Source: Lama guanicoe (lineage: Eukaryota). Taken from it: 64,000 bases of DNA. How positions within the stretch are numbered: position 1 is the first letter of the stretch; each line of letters starts with the position of its first letter. Below the pieces are notes generated by a model that worked only from the letters and a program-made list of their open reading frames with translations, was not told where the DNA came from and did no database searches. The DNA lies in NCBI GenBank assembly GCA_013239625.1, contig MU053472.1, positions 496,001-560,000 on the forward strand, in the 5' to 3' direction. A program made the position numbers and the translations under genes. This document shows positions 29,301-44,300 of this stretch, piece by piece.

Positions 29301-32300
29301 CCTTAGACCATATACACAAAAATCAATTCCAGATGAATTAAAAACTTAACCATGTACTAAAAAGGCAAAGCTACTAAACTTTTAGGAGGATATCCTTATG
29401 ACTTCGGGCCAGAGAAAATTTTGTTATACAAGACACAGAAAGTACAAACTAAAGGAAAAGGTTGAGTAATTCAATTCCACTTAAGAACTTCTGTTCACAA
29501 AAAGATACTGTAAGGAGACTGAAAATATGACACAAAGTGGAAGGAAGATATTTATGAAACATAACAGCTAACAAAGGATTAGTGTCTAGAATCTGTAAAG
29601 AACAGCTATGAATCAATAAGTAAAAGACAACCTAGTAGAAAAATGGGCAAAAGATACAAAAAGGTAATGCACAGAAAAGGAAGCACAAATGATCCACCCA
29701 CTGAAAAAAGATGTTCAATCTCATTACTAATTAGAGAAATGTGAACGAATACCAATTGGAGAGATGTGAACCAAAACCACAGTGAGATTGACCAAAATTA
29801 AAAAAAATCACATCATCTCCTTCCACTGCTCCTGTAAGTAGAAGTTCAGATTGGTATAACCACTTTGGAAAACGGTTTGTCAATACCTAATGGAATTGAA
29901 CTTATTTACACTCTTCAACCTAGCAATTTCACTCTTAGGTAATGCACTCTAGAGAAACCGACACATATGTCTGTTAGGAGACATATACAGGACTGTTTGT
30001 AGCAGCATTATTCATTAACAGTGAAAAAGACTGGAAACAATCCAAATATACACAAGTAGAATAGATAATTGGATTCTAGTATGTTCCTACAATGGATTAC
30101 TCTACAACAGTGAAAATGGACGAACCAAGAGATACATGCGAGCCAAAGGATGAATCTCAAAAGCATAATGGTGAGGGAAAGAAACAGGTTATAGAAGGAT
30201 CCATATGCAAAAATTCCATTGTTATCAGGTTGAAAACAGGAAAAATGAAACTATATACGTTTGTGATAAACGTAAAGAAAACACAAAGAATGATTAAGTA
30301 AAATTCAGCTTAGGGTTGTTTTTGAGGAGGAGCACAAAGGATGCTTCAAAGATTCTAAAACTGTTCTGTGAAGACAGAAAATGGCAGTTATATGGGTGTT
30401 TATTCTTCTGTATGTGTCTTTCACAAGAAAAAGTTTTTAAAAAGAGGCACTTGGTAGCATTCCTTACTTTCTGTTTAGTATCTCCACTGCCTCTCCTCTG
30501 AGTAAATATTCTTATCTCCCCTGGCCCTAGTAATTGGCCCTTGGTAACTAATTACCAAGATATATTTCTGTTGCCACTTCAAAGCTAAATCTTGGTTGGG
30601 AGAAACGTGTATGTCCTACATGTTGCATAGGACAACCAATTTTTAAACAGCTTCCATTTTATTCTAAGTAGGTCTTTTATGCAATTGGCAGTTCTCTAAA
30701 TATTGTAGTTCACTGTTTTTTAAACGTAGCTTCACTTTGAAAAAAAAATCTTACATTAATCTCTAATATTGAAAACATAAAAGCACAGTTGCTTTGGTTG
30801 ATTGTACCCGGTGTTCTGGGAAACCATAGTAGTGCAGTTTGAATGCCACTGTTCTGGTTTGTAACTTGACATGGAATCTGAACCAAAGTGATTATCCTTT
30901 GGTATTTTCATTATTTCATAAAATTCTGACCCTTGAGACTATTCAAACACTAATTCTCCTTTACTCGGAAATTTAATTCTGAGGTGAGCTGTTTTCTGAA
31001 TAACTGGGTATTACTTATATCCCATTGTAGATGTCACTACAGTATACCTGAAGCTTATGCTTCTGTTGCAAAGCATAGCTCTGCTAGCCGGAACTAAGCT
31101 GCCTCTTGTGGCCTTATGAAAGGCCAGTGAAAATATACATATCTGTGCTCTCCCTGCAGGCCTTTTGACTTAATGCAAGGTTCTGCTTGATCAGTGCTTT
31201 GATTTGGGTTTGGAATTCCTAGGCATTGCTTAGCTGTTTCATGGACTAATGGGGGTGGGGGGGAATGTTGATTCCAAAGGTGGCAGCCATCTTTCTTGTG
31301 GGTATTGATAAGTGTGTTTGATTTTTGAGTTAAAACTGTTCCTTCTAGTTAGGGTGAAACATGGTCAGAGAGTCCAACATGGAACCAGAATCTCTAGCTG
31401 GGGTAGACTTTAAAGATCATTGGGTTTAATGGTGTTGACATTTCTTTTTAAGAAGCCAAACCCTCTCTTCTAAGGAGATCATTCCAGGAAGCTAAATAAG
31501 AAAATTTAGAGTAAGGGTAGAAGGTTGGGGTTATCCCCAACCCCTCAGTCTCTAAGACACACCCTCCCTCCACCTCTAAAAAAAATTTTTTTAATGAAAA
31601 TAAGGCTGAGAGAGAGAAAGTGATTTGCCCAGGAGCACACAGTAAATTGGTTAACAAAGCTGGACTTTGAGCCCAAGGTTATACCAGATTGCCTGACTCC
31701 TAGTCCAGTGTTGCTGTGACTAAGCCACACTGCCAATTCTATACAAGTCCATCTAAGAAATGTCTTGTTTCTTCTCACTACTTATCAGGTGAATTACAGA
31801 CTTTAAAAAACACACAAACAGCATGTAAACGTAAACATTCACACATGAGTGAGGACCAGTTCTCTTTGCTGCTTGCAGGTCACTATGACAAATGCGTGTT
31901 CACCCTTCGGGAGGAGAACAAGAGTGACATGAACACTGTGCTGAACTACATCTTCTCTCACGCTCAAGTCACCAAGAAGAATCTTCTGGTCACAATGCTC
32001 ATTGTGAGTACCATTTTTCTGAACCCGTAAGGATGGTTGATGATATGAAAAAAGCATTTCGCCTTCTCATGGCTGTGGTCAGAGGAAAAGCTCCTGTCTT
32101 TTGTAATTGTGGGATGAGTGGGGCTCGGGTTGTGGATTAACAATTTCTCACATCCGTCTTTGTCCTTGACCTGAAGGAACCTGCTCTAGTCAGGAAAGGA
32201 TTCTTCTGCCAATTATGCGTATAATCTTACACAGGAGCTCCGATCTCTTGTCTCTACTGAGAGATGCCCTGTGTTTCCTCATTCCTGTTGTTATTCATAA

Positions 32301-35300
32301 CAGTAACTTTACAATTTAGTCTTATCTGACCAATGTGCTTTTCTGTTATAAACTCTTGTTAATTACCATGAATGTCAGCAGTGGCACTCATGTCCAGAAT
32401 TTAAAAACAAACAAAAAACGCCCCCCAACTATTAGGAATCTAATACTGTTCCCTCCCAACCACAGAAATTTAAATTTATTCTGTCATCTTCTTTGGTCCC
32501 TTTCTGTTTTATTTACATGGACATCCAAGCTCAGATTATTGTATTGGTAGATGCTTTTGTCCCCGTTACCTAGTGATGTGAGGATTAGGAGAAAGTGGGA
32601 ATGAGAGGTGAGACTCGTACCTGAATAGGACTGATGTACGTTTGACAATGGGTAGAATTTTTGTGGGCTTCAGGATTTTTAAAGATGATTTGTAAGTTCT
32701 CCCCTCCTGGGTTTTTCTGGTTGAGTTAATTCTGGAAGTCAGAGGACAATAGGACTATTCGTAGAGGCCCCCATCCCATGAGCGGTTAATTGTCTTGCTG
32801 CTGCACGTTTGTCTTTTTTAGACACCACAGTACCTTTTCACTCCTGTGGTTTTCTTTCTTGTCCCTCTGTGGAATTGGCGTTCTTGGTACCTTAATCCTG
32901 TTTTTTCTTCTTGGAGGAAAAAAAACTATAAATCTCCACTGCTATTTTGTATTTCATGGTTCAGAATGAAGGGAAACTGTCTATCTCACATCTCTGGTTA
33001 GCAGCAGTGCCACTCATTCAGTTATCTGCCCAACTGGTTAACTCTTGAGGATAAAACATTTTGTAGAATAGCCACTTTTAGAAATACGTAATCACAGGGA
33101 GAGTTCATTGCCTTTGCTACCCTGAATGGCTAGATATTGGATAAACCAGAAGATGCATTTGAAAGGGGAAAAAAAATCAGCACAATGTAATATTTCAACT
33201 TCCCCAAGTGACAGGTTTTGGCAAAGAAGTGATACTGTCTATGGCAACTTGCTGATTTTATTTTTCTCTCAATCAAAATGGAATTAAATCTCTGACTAGT
33301 TAGATTTTTTTCCTTAAATTTTAATATAAGGCTTTCTAATTCTCATTTGGATAAAGCCAAGACTTTCTGGCAGCAAAGGGTAATGAAGAGGGTGTGGAAG
33401 AATCTGTCAGTTTGGACCGAAAATGGGTTAGAATTTGCCTTTTTAGGAAGCTAATTATGGTGAGTTTTCCTTTTATTATGATTACCTTTTTAAGGATTTA
33501 ACAGTTTTCTGCGCTAAAAATAGACCAAAGCCCAGAATCCTTGGAGCAGCAGAAGAGTAATGATCGTCCAAGACTGTCGCTGGGTTTCTTAAATTCTAAT
33601 TTGTAAGATATAGGGGCTCGGCTCGCTCCTTTTGCGGAGTGATTGTAAGTAACGCTTGCCTTAAGAATCTCATTATTGGAACACGGAGCCATATTTCCTC
33701 TGAGAATTCTGGAGTAGCTTTGAGCCGGGGCTGTTCATTTCTCAAGTAATCACGCTGGTGTGATGGAGAGAGAAAATGGCAGCTGTTCGGAGCTCAGGCC
33801 TTCAATTTTCTTCAGAGTCCAGTCACTCAAGTGTGTAATTACACGGGGGGTGCTGCAGAGGCGTCGGGCCCTGTCAGAGAACTGGTTTGAGGCTCTGCTT
33901 TCTGCTTTTGCCAGTCAGGACAGGCAGAAGCCAATGAGACTCTGGCTTGCTGCTGCTCCTTTTTCCCCACCTTGTCATCCTGATTGCTTCTTACCTGCGT
34001 GGATAGTACCCAAACTTTCTTTCCAGCAGGCTGAGCTCTTTGGAGAAAAGAGCTGTTTGTTAGTGTTTGGGTTTGGATGAATAGGACTGGGAGGAGTGGA
34101 GGAGGGGAGAGAGTAGGGGAAGAGGAAGGGGAGGGGGAGGAGGGAGAGGAGGTGGAGGAAGGTTGAAGATGTGAACCAGAAAGATGGATTTGTCCTTTTC
34201 TTTATTTTGGCATTTCACATTTATCTTTAAAAAACAAAACAAAACTCGGTAAACATCTGTAGGCTTTTATATCATTAAATTTCTTTTGAAATATCAGTTG
34301 TTTTCACCTCTTCTTAGAGATTTGGAAATCAAGACGTTAACTGATATGATTGAGCTGAGAGAGCCAGCTATAGTGGCTTGTGGAGCAGGGACGAAGCTGA
34401 AAAAGTGCTCCTTTCTGATCTGCCTTCTTTGGCAATGGTCAGGTCCCTCCCCCACCCCACATCTGCGTTGATGGTGGTAGCTGGTAAAAGCCATTTTAGT
34501 TGTTTGGATTACTCTTTCTGTAAGCCTGTGTCTTTTGCAGATATCACTGGGACGTGGTACTTTTGGTTCCTCCAGCTAGCGTTGTCTCTGCTGGTTCCCC
34601 TTCCTTTGATTACCCTGGCTCCCTGATTGATGGTTATGTGCCCAGCATTCCAATCCATGCTTTCCAGAAGTAGGGCTGTCGAAGGTGTGCTTTGCTGAAC
34701 TAGATGATGATTTCTGGGGCTTGTGAACCTGGAGGGAATCAAGAAAGTCAGACTCTGTGAATCACTGTAACAGAATATCGGCTGCTCCGAGGAAACTTTC
34801 CTCCCCTTCAGGTATTAGTATAACTTGCCTCAAGGACCCTTTAGCAGATTTCTTCTAATCTTTCACTGTATCTAGAGACCAAAATAGCAAATAAACTGCT
34901 TAAGTCCTGTCAGGTCTTGTCCATTTAGAGGAACATTGTGCCACATAGAAAACAGTCTGTAAGACTAACAGGAAGTTTATTTTTTGAAAGTGCTTCTTAT
35001 TTCTTCTTATCTCTTCTAAAGTTAATTTTATAGGAGAAAGCTTAGATTGTTGTTTATGTTTTCTTAGCGACATTTAAGGGACTCTTTGGCCAAATTAAGC
35101 AGTTTTGTACCAGTAGGAAGTATCCATGTCCTTCTAGCTGTCTGGATGACAAAGGACATATCCATAGCCGCCTTGGTTCTGAGTAGTCTTCCCTTGCTAC
35201 TTTTATCTTGTTTCTGGTATGGTCCGCATGAACGTGATGTCATCCATGCTTCCTCAGGAGTAACGCCATGCCTGTGAGCCTCTGATTTGGTTTAGACAGG

Positions 35301-38300
35301 AAGCATTTAAAATGCTGGCGGAAAAAAAAAAATCAAATAAATAAATAAATAAAATGCTGATCAGCAGCTTTCCTTCCTCCTCTCAACATAACTGCAAATA
35401 ATTTTGTCCAGTGTATAAATAAAGGGGAAAAGTCTTTCTCCGGGAACCCAAGTTTACTGAATAAGGGCGATATTAACATTTCTTGTTAAACCTGTGCCAA
35501 GTTTGGAATATCAAAAAGTCTAGTTGTGACTGGAAAAGCTACCAGTCCATTTTTGATACTGGGACTAGTGCCTCACCCAGCTGAACAGTACTTACTGTCT
35601 TGAGGTCACATTCTTTTCATTTTGAATTGCCTCCAAATCTGAGGATGCTAAGATCAAGTTGGACTATACTGGGCTCTTCTGGCCATCAGCTCCACAACAG
35701 TGGCTATAGTTTTGGCACTTAAGCATCCTTACGATGTTTCTGCAAATCTGAAATATTCCTTGTGGTTAGCCGCCATCCAGGTTAAGAATGAAAACAAGAT
35801 ATAACTGTGTGGTGACAGTCTTAACCATGATTAAATAATTTTCACTTTGGCTTGCAGATTTATACAAGTAACCCCCAAATCAGGAATTAGGCTCATTAAA
35901 TGAACCCACGTCTATACATGGAGGAGAGACGTACTGAGACAGTCACCATTTAATGTTACTGTTTGAAAATGTTCACCAGGGTTAGATGGTGACATTGGGC
36001 TGTCTGGTTGCCCAAAAGACATCTGTCTGTAGGCTAGTGGGCCATAAGCTTCCTTTTGGATGTTTGTATCTTAGGATGGGTGGTTCTCATGAACAGAATC
36101 ATCTTCAGGACCTGAACATTGTGTCCAAGTCAAGGATAAGAGAATGTTGAGAAGGTCACTCTATGTATAATTTCTATTGAAATTTTTTCTCTAAGTACTA
36201 ATGATGACAATGGAGAAGATATTTGAATGGAAAATTTCCAAGTTAGTGTAAACTAATGGAAGTAGTGATTTATTCAGACTATGTTTTCTGTTTCACATCC
36301 AAGAAAGATCTGCTTTCTGTACTTTATCACGAGGAGCCCAGGAAAATTGTTAGTTGGTGATCGTGAATGAATAATTAGTTCCCTATTATTTTTTCTAATT
36401 GCCGTAGTTCACTTCTCTTACAGAAAACAAGCTTCTCTACCCTCTTTCTCTCATAGTGGAAGGATGAAATAAAAAACTTTTTATACAGTAGTTTTGTCTT
36501 TTTTTTTTTTTTAAGTTAGAATGTGATCTGTAGTTAGGCAAGATGAAAACTCCATTTTTATTTACTTGGTTTAGTTTAATACCAAAAGGAAAACCCGGAT
36601 TTTCTTTCAAGGAAAACCAGTGCATATCAAATCTGATATAAGTTGGGGAGGTGGCTTCTGATCTTATTTTGTCATGTTGGCTTTTGTTGTTAATGTTGAG
36701 ACTTTGGTCTGGCTACTTGAAGAGTCTCTGGGTTCTGTTACCTGGGACATCTGAGGCTTTTGGGCCTTACAGTGGGTCACCCTGATGATTGAAACAAGTA
36801 CCTCGAAAGGACTATGTTTTCTCTATTAGGAGCATTAGGTAAAGAGGGACTTAGGCAGGAAAAACTTATCTTGGTTTCCCAACCCACTGTTACCTCTCTA
36901 TTCTTCTGTCTTGTCATGGTCTTGTTGCTGATGACTTTATACATCCCCCTGAGATTGTGTGTTGCTCATTAGTTCTCAACAAAAGATGAGATTTAGTTGT
37001 GTTTTCTCCCTGCTCATTGCTTTTGTGCCCTGGGATAGGAGTTGCAGGCCGTCCAGTCTGTGACTACATGCTCAACCGAACCCTGGATTTATAGTCACTT
37101 TATAGCAGCCTTTCTTCTTCCCAAATGAGTGACTCCCCTGCGTTAAACAGGTGAAAACATTACTTGCACTTCCTTCACTATAAGTCCCATCCTGTGGTTT
37201 ACGGTTCTGGACAGTTGGAGCAGACCTGTGGTTGGTAGATTGGGGAACCAGAAAGTATTTTCTGCTTTAAAATGTTTGAGAAGCCGTCTTTCCAGCATGC
37301 TGGTGTTGAGTACTCCAAAACTATTTACCCTGCGATGTGGAAGGTAGTAAGGGGTTGTAGAAAAAAGTGTTCAGGGAAACGCATATCTACTCCCAAAGCC
37401 AAAAGTCCCACACTTTTGTTTGTACTGCTGTGGTAAAGGACTGTAAGGAGTATCCTTGAGATGGGGAAGGTTAGAGATGAAATGGAGATTCTTCAAGAAA
37501 AAGGCTGGTAATCAAGGAAAGGGAAAGATTAAAAGGCAGCAATAGGAAACCTTTTGAGATCTGGATGTCTTTCAACCAGAAAGACAATTTAGTTGTCCTG
37601 TTTGATGATGGGGGAAGAATAAAAATCCACTGAAATATAAAGGCAAATATTTCAAACTCCAAGTAGAGGGGACTTTACCTCCATGTGTATATTTTATGTG
37701 GTGTGATATTAAGAACTACTATTATAGATAGCTCTGTAAATTGCAAAAAGGGCAGACATTTATAAAAACTGCATCTGTGGTTTTTTCCAGCTTAGATGAA
37801 AATTACATGGATAATGGATTAATTTAGGTAATAAACTGATATTCCATTGGAGAAGGAATGTTTTTCTCAAAATATGATAGATTTTTTTCTAAAAATTTTT
37901 AACTTTTTTGGAAACAAAGGACCCAATACTGAATTAAACCATGGATTTTATAATGGGAGCTTGGTTTTTTTTCCCCCTCTAATCCATCTAAGTATTCACC
38001 GTGTTTAGATATTGTGGAATTCTTGGTACAGCAAGAAGATAAATGATTTAGGGTATAGAATTGTCAGAGTAAGAGATGATATTTTTATTTAGTGTGTGTT
38101 TTATAAATGAATAATTTGTGCTTATGTTTCTATTTTGCACCCTCCTGGGATACTGAACATTTGGTTTGTGGAATGGAAACCACCAGGAGTGGTTCCTTTT
38201 GCCTCATTCTGCCTTCTTTCCAAAAGTGGGAGAGGGAACAGGAAAGGTTTTTAGTCCCTGTGTTATTTAAATGTCTTAAAACATTGAGGCATCATCTGTT

Positions 38301-41300
38301 ACTTCTTACTCAGAATCCCTTGACCCCTTTTAATGGTCTCTGATGATTTCTTCTGCATGTTTAAAGTATAGCCTTGATTTGTAAAGAAATACATTAGGAA
38401 TTTTGAATCTGAATGAGGGTTTGGGCTTCTCCTCGGCTGCTACTTGTTCTGGGATCTCTTTACCATGCTGTTTCGGGTAAATGCATCTTGTTAATCCAGC
38501 TGTGTTTACTTTTTTATTCCCTTTCCCATTTCAAAGTTCTCTCCACCTCAGTTCTTTCTAACATGGATTTGTATATTCCTTGTCACATTAACCGTTAGGA
38601 TCAGTTGTGTGGCCGGGACCCTACTCTCACTGACGAGCTGCTGAATATCCTCACAGAGCTAACTCAACTCAGTAAGACCACCAACGCTAAAGTGGCGCTT
38701 CGAGCACGCCAGGTAAGGACATATGTGGGCTGTCTTGAGGGAAGAATGGTTTTCATAGATTGGGCAGCCCTAGACACAGTGGGCTGTCTCTCCATCACCT
38801 TACGAAGGTCACGCAATTTTCTAGTTACGTCTCATTGCCCTCAGAACAGACGTTCTCACGTGGCATATGTTTTTTAAAGAGAAAAGATTAGCATCGAGTT
38901 TCTTTAAAATAGGAACCCTCTCCCCATTATAAAATCCTGTTATCATTCCCTACCATTCCTAGTAAACCAGGGTCATGTGGAGGAAAGGAAACTAAGAGAA
39001 GGCAATAGACTTAATATTTCTTATTTCCCAAAGGGAGCTTAGAAGCAGGTGAAAACTTTTAAGTGTATAGGGAAAAAAATCAAGCGTGGAAAGCAAAAAG
39101 ATAATGAATCTGAGGCGCTAGCCATCAGAACCACCCCAGAGCAGTCCAGTTAGTTTCACCCCATAGTCTTCATTTCCATTCCAAAAGGTTTCAGCAGGGA
39201 AGCCAGGAGTTGGCACTCCCTTTGTGTTCCAGCGCATGGGCATTGACGAGGAAGCTGCATTTGAAGCTGTTCAGTGACCTTCTGCTTTCTCTACAATTGT
39301 ATCCATGTCACTGAATTACTCAAAGTTATTGAACCTCTCAGTGACCTGCTGAGGGTATTCAGGTCCTACCGTGTCCCTGTTTGTTTGTGACACTGCTCTC
39401 GCTGTCCCTTCCCCTCAGATGCATTGGTGTTACATCCTGATGCCTTCTCCTTGGTGCTGAGTACCTGGGGGCTGTCAGAGCAGCTTTTGCTAGTCTTTCT
39501 GCTTCGGAGTTGCAGAAGCCTAGCTCTGCTGCATCCACCTTCCCCACAGCTGCTCCCTGCCAGACCTGATTCCCAATTAACAGCTAGTCATGCAGTCCCC
39601 AGGACTAGCAGCTTCGCAATGGTAAATCACATGCACTGATGGAACTTGATTGAAGCTGTTTTCTCTCCCTCCTCACCCCCCTGTTCCCCCATGGGAAATT
39701 GCTCACAATGCAGATCATGGTGAGAGTCAACTGAGATGCAGTATTTGGTGGCGCTGGCTTCATGTTACAGGACCTAGAAGTTGTTTCACTTGATCTCTGT
39801 TTTATCTTTGATGCCAGCACTTACAGATTTATATTTATTGCTTTTGTATCAGAGCTGCCTAATAGGAGCCTAGAATAATCACTCCCTCAGGAACTTATGC
39901 CTCTTATTTTGCTCTCACTCTAGGTTCTTATTGCCTCCCATTTGCCATCATATGAGCTTCGCCATAACCAAGTAGAGTCTATCTTCCTATCAGCTATTGA
40001 CATGTACGGACATCAGTTTTGCATTGAGAACCTGCAGGTATACATTATAGCCCTTTTCTACCACTCTGCACTCTTGTCCCCTTTCTTCCCAAGCATAGTG
40101 TAATTAAGTAACCCATCAATCAATTTTGACTTTCTGTGTAATGACATTTTATACCTTGACTTTCTCAAATGATTTCTACTAATATATATACATTTTTTTT
40201 TCATAAAAATGCTGTTGGAATTGTGGCTTAGTAAAAATCAAGTAGGCCTGCCTTGATAGATGTGTCCTGTTGAAGTCTTTACTTCTTGTGCTTTTATCTA
40301 GAAAGCATTCTAGCACAGAGATACGTGGCAGCACTGGTTGATTTCTGATATTTGAGTCAGATGTATCAATAGGTAGCTGTTAGTCTTCTGCAGACAAAGC
40401 TACATAACAATCATTTAATTTTATACTAATACTTACTATTAAGCTTTATACAAAGCCAGTTTTATGAAAGAATATTGGCTGATTGTAATACTAATTCAAA
40501 GAACCTTGACCATTATTTGTTAAACAACATTATTTTGTCAAGGATGGCTTTCTGTTTTTCTACTTGGAGATAAGGACATTATTCTGTCTAGCCAAGGGAA
40601 GCTTCAGGTGTTCTATCAGATTTCCTTCTGGGGAACCTAGAGACAGGAGAGGGATGTTTTTGCTTATTTGGTTTATGGTCGAAACAGTTTCAACTGGGGT
40701 TCAGATTTATGGTTTGCCATGGTGGAGTATTGATATAATATTTTAAAAGTTGAGTACAGATATATGTCAGAAAGGATAATAATAATCTCCATAAACACTT
40801 AGCATACTATTAAGTGCACTGTTAATGAATTATTCTAAGAGTTTTCCATATATTAACTCTTCTAATGCTCACAACAGCCCCATGAGGATTGGTATTATTA
40901 TTTTCCCCATTTTGTAGCTGAAGAAGCTGAGGCAGAGAAGGTAAGTTCATGCATCACATCCATAGACGAAATTCTGAAGTTTCACTGAATGCTTTCAAAT
41001 GCTAAACATTGTGCGTTGGAATTGTTCTCTTTTGGATGAAATGGTTTAAGCTTATCTTTGTACCTTCCAGAAACTCATCTTGTCTGAAACATCCATTTTC
41101 GATGTCCTACCAAACTTCTTCTATCACAGCAACCAGGTGGTGAGGATGGCAGCTCTGGAGGTAGGCCTTCGTGGTAACGTGACGTGACCTTTTTCTTGGT
41201 TCTGGCTGACTCCTTCTGTCCTCTGGGCTATTGTTAACCAGTCCTTTTTCTTTGGCCTTAACATTGCTTCTTGAGAGTAGAGTCTTTTCCATAGTGCTTA

Positions 41301-44300
41301 ACTATGGTCTTGCTTTACTCAAGTGTGTCAACTGAACTAATCTCCAGTTTCTGGTCTCCAGTCCCAGGAAAGTAACTGCCAGCATTTTTCAATAGCCTCT
41401 ATTTTCCAGATATTTGAATTCTTCCATTTCATAATCATTAGCATTCCCTGTGAGAAAATATGTGGCTGGTCAGGACAATACTATTTTGGATTTGGGTGAA
41501 ATAAAATGGATTTTAGTTATACTCTGAATTGTCAAGCAGTTCTTATGAACTATTTCAGCCTGAGAAAGAAAGTAATAGCATTTAATGAACTGCGTTTTAA
41601 ATGCTTTATTTTCTCATTTAATCTTACAATTACTTCACAAAGTAGAAGAAAGTAATGAGACTCTGGGAGGTTAAGTGACTTATCCAAATTCATGTGGATA
41701 ATAAGTGGAGGGGTTTGCATTTGAACCCAGGTCAGTGTGACTCAAAGACTTCTCTTTTTCCACTATAGCTCCCTACCTCATTAAGCTCAAAAACCGCAGG
41801 CCCCAAATATGGCTGCAAAGTTGCCAAGCAGATGTTTCTTGAAGATGAGGAGAAGGAGTGTTGATGACTTTATGTGATATGACATCACTAGTCTTCTGCA
41901 GGCTCTTCTGTATTACTTTTTATGTGTATTCTGTGGGTAGAGTGTGATGTATCGCACTCAGTAGATACCAAAATTTGAAAATGTCTAAGGGTTCTACAGT
42001 GCTTTCGTGCCATTTGGTGTGAAGTGTCCTTACGTACCTCACATGCTGATAGAATCCCACGTTGCGTTTTATGCGCATGACAAACTGGCTGTGAAGTGCG
42101 TGAGGTTGGACTGAAGGTTTTTCCTGAGATGCACCCTGTTGCTTTTCTTTGACTCTTGAGTCAAATTAGTGTATTTGAGATGTTATATATCAAATTATGC
42201 CTTCCTAATTTTGCCTCAGGTTTGTGGGATATAAACAGTCTAAAATTGATTTGTTTCAGTGGGAAAACAAAACAAAGATATCAGATCTAAGAGAGTTAGA
42301 CTGTACTTTAGTTGTTTCTGTCTTTTGTCTTCACTGGTCAGGTGGCCCAGAATCAGCACTTCTCATTTTTCACAGTTTGCTGTAATCTTCTGCTGAAATG
42401 ATCATGCTTAATGAGTTAATAGTCATGGTTCTGTTTGCTCTCTTTTGTTAACAATCAAAAACTTAGTTTAGGTTGGTGTAAAGGGTTTATATTTATAGCA
42501 CACCTAGAGGTGTCCAGCAGAGGCAGACTAGTTTTGTTTCCATGTATAGTCATGGTTATAGTTTTAAGACTCCAGCTTTATTAATTAAAGCAAGGTATGT
42601 ATGTATAGGGCCTTGGGACTTCTGTCACCACAGACTGCCTTCTTCTGCATCAGATACCTCTTTTCAAGACTTCTTCCTGGGCTAATCATTTCTTAGTTTC
42701 TGTTTTTAAAATGTGTTTACTGAGGATTACTTTTTAACCAGGTGTATGTTCGAAGGGCTTATATTGCCTATGAACTTAACAGTGTACAACACCGCCAGCT
42801 TAAGGACAACACCTGCGTGGTGGAATTCCAGTTCATGCTGCCCACATCCCACCCAAACAGGTGAGTCTGAGCTGGTACGTGCACCTGAGCCAACCAGAAC
42901 TCTGTCGGGAGAGTTAAGGGCGGAGTAATGTGTACGGCTATTCTATGTGGGGTCTTTTTTAGCTATAAATATAGAGCAGAAATTGAACATGTTTAAAACA
43001 TGGGAGAAGAACCTCTTGGTGTCCACTTCTTTTATTATTTTTTTCGATCTGGAGAGATAAAGTATGGTCTAATTAAGATGGAAGTTTAGGATTACGCCAT
43101 TCATTTTTGTTTGTATTCTGTCACTTGAAGAAACAGTTCTTTTTTTTTAAAGTTAGGAAGAATTTAGTAGAATTTTACTTACTGTAACTTTGCCACAAAA
43201 TCACTTTTTGACAGTTTAAGTCAACAGAATGTAAAAATATTTTAAATATTTTGGGTGGAATGCTTTCCTTTTCTGTATGTTTGCTCTGGGTTAAGGTTAC
43301 ACCTGAGCCAATTTCATTATCTCGCTAAAAACAAACGTGAATTTAGCAGTTTAAACCCAGTTTTTAAAAATCACACTTTAGGAAGCAAACTTAGATTTAA
43401 GTAAATTGCTTAATTAAGCCATGCTAATTCCATTAATTTTCCCTCCCTAAGCCCTTTTAAAAATAAAATGTACATATAAAAATTTGTTTCCAATTCCAAC
43501 AATAATACCAGAGGATAGCTTTGAAGATGAAAATACTCTATCTTGTAATCTCATTTATTTTTAAAGTATTCCAAGGCAGTGAAAACCTAGGAATTTCACC
43601 CACACATATGTTCATCCCCTCCTGTATTTTTATTCTTTTTAGTAACACCACAGGAAATATAAATAACCACAGCCAATCTTAGGCTGCCCCCCTCCATTTC
43701 TTCTTTATGGCCTCTGGTTCTTCACTTTGTATTACAAAGCACCGTGTCTTTGGGGATCCTTAGTTATAGACAACAGAAATGGTTTTGTTCTGAATTGCCA
43801 CTTCACCCAAAGCAATAGAAACTCTTCCTAGAGACAAAGAAGTCTGTGCTGAGACTTTCAGCCACTGGATGCCACTGTTGATCCAGCAGAGGTCAGCAGA
43901 TGAGCAGCGGCATCTTCAGAAAAAAGTACTTCTCTTCTTTGTCTCAGAAGATCCCTTCACTTCTCTACCTCGAAAATATCTTACGGCTGGCAGAGAAAAG
44001 CATATATCCTTGATTTAGCAAGCATCTCTCGGTACATTTTTTGCCTCCATGGATTTCAGAATCTCATTTTCTAGAAACGAATGGTTGTCCTTCAGCGAGC
44101 GGCGCTGTACTCATGGCCCACATGGGCTCGGCACTCGGGCTTCTTTCTTTCCCTGCATTCCTTGAATAATTGTAGAGAACCGCATGCTGGACTTAATGCT
44201 CTTTGTGATTCTCAGGACAGTCTCCTTTTCGCCCTGCTTCCTACTGCCCCTTCCCTTTGGGCAGTGATTTGTAGTCAGGCTGCAGAGCTGCTTCTGATTT

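Noticed and set aside
31098..31113. Minus-strand CTCF-like GGCCACAAGAGGCAGC
   Set aside because: Lacks one core G relative to consensus, so register is broken; too weak to call.
31523..31542. Hairpin GGTTGGGG-TTAT-CCCCAACC
   Set aside because: An 8-bp stem is expected by chance in 64 kb; no supporting context.
34060..34242. Proline-rich minus-strand ORF (also the K/R/E/G-rich ORFs at 58359 and 60679)
   Set aside because: Translations of polypurine/polypyrimidine low-complexity tracts.
44091..44121. REST/RE1-like half sites (TTCAGC, GGCGCTGTAC)
   Set aside because: Orientation and spacing do not fit the 21-bp RE1 consensus.
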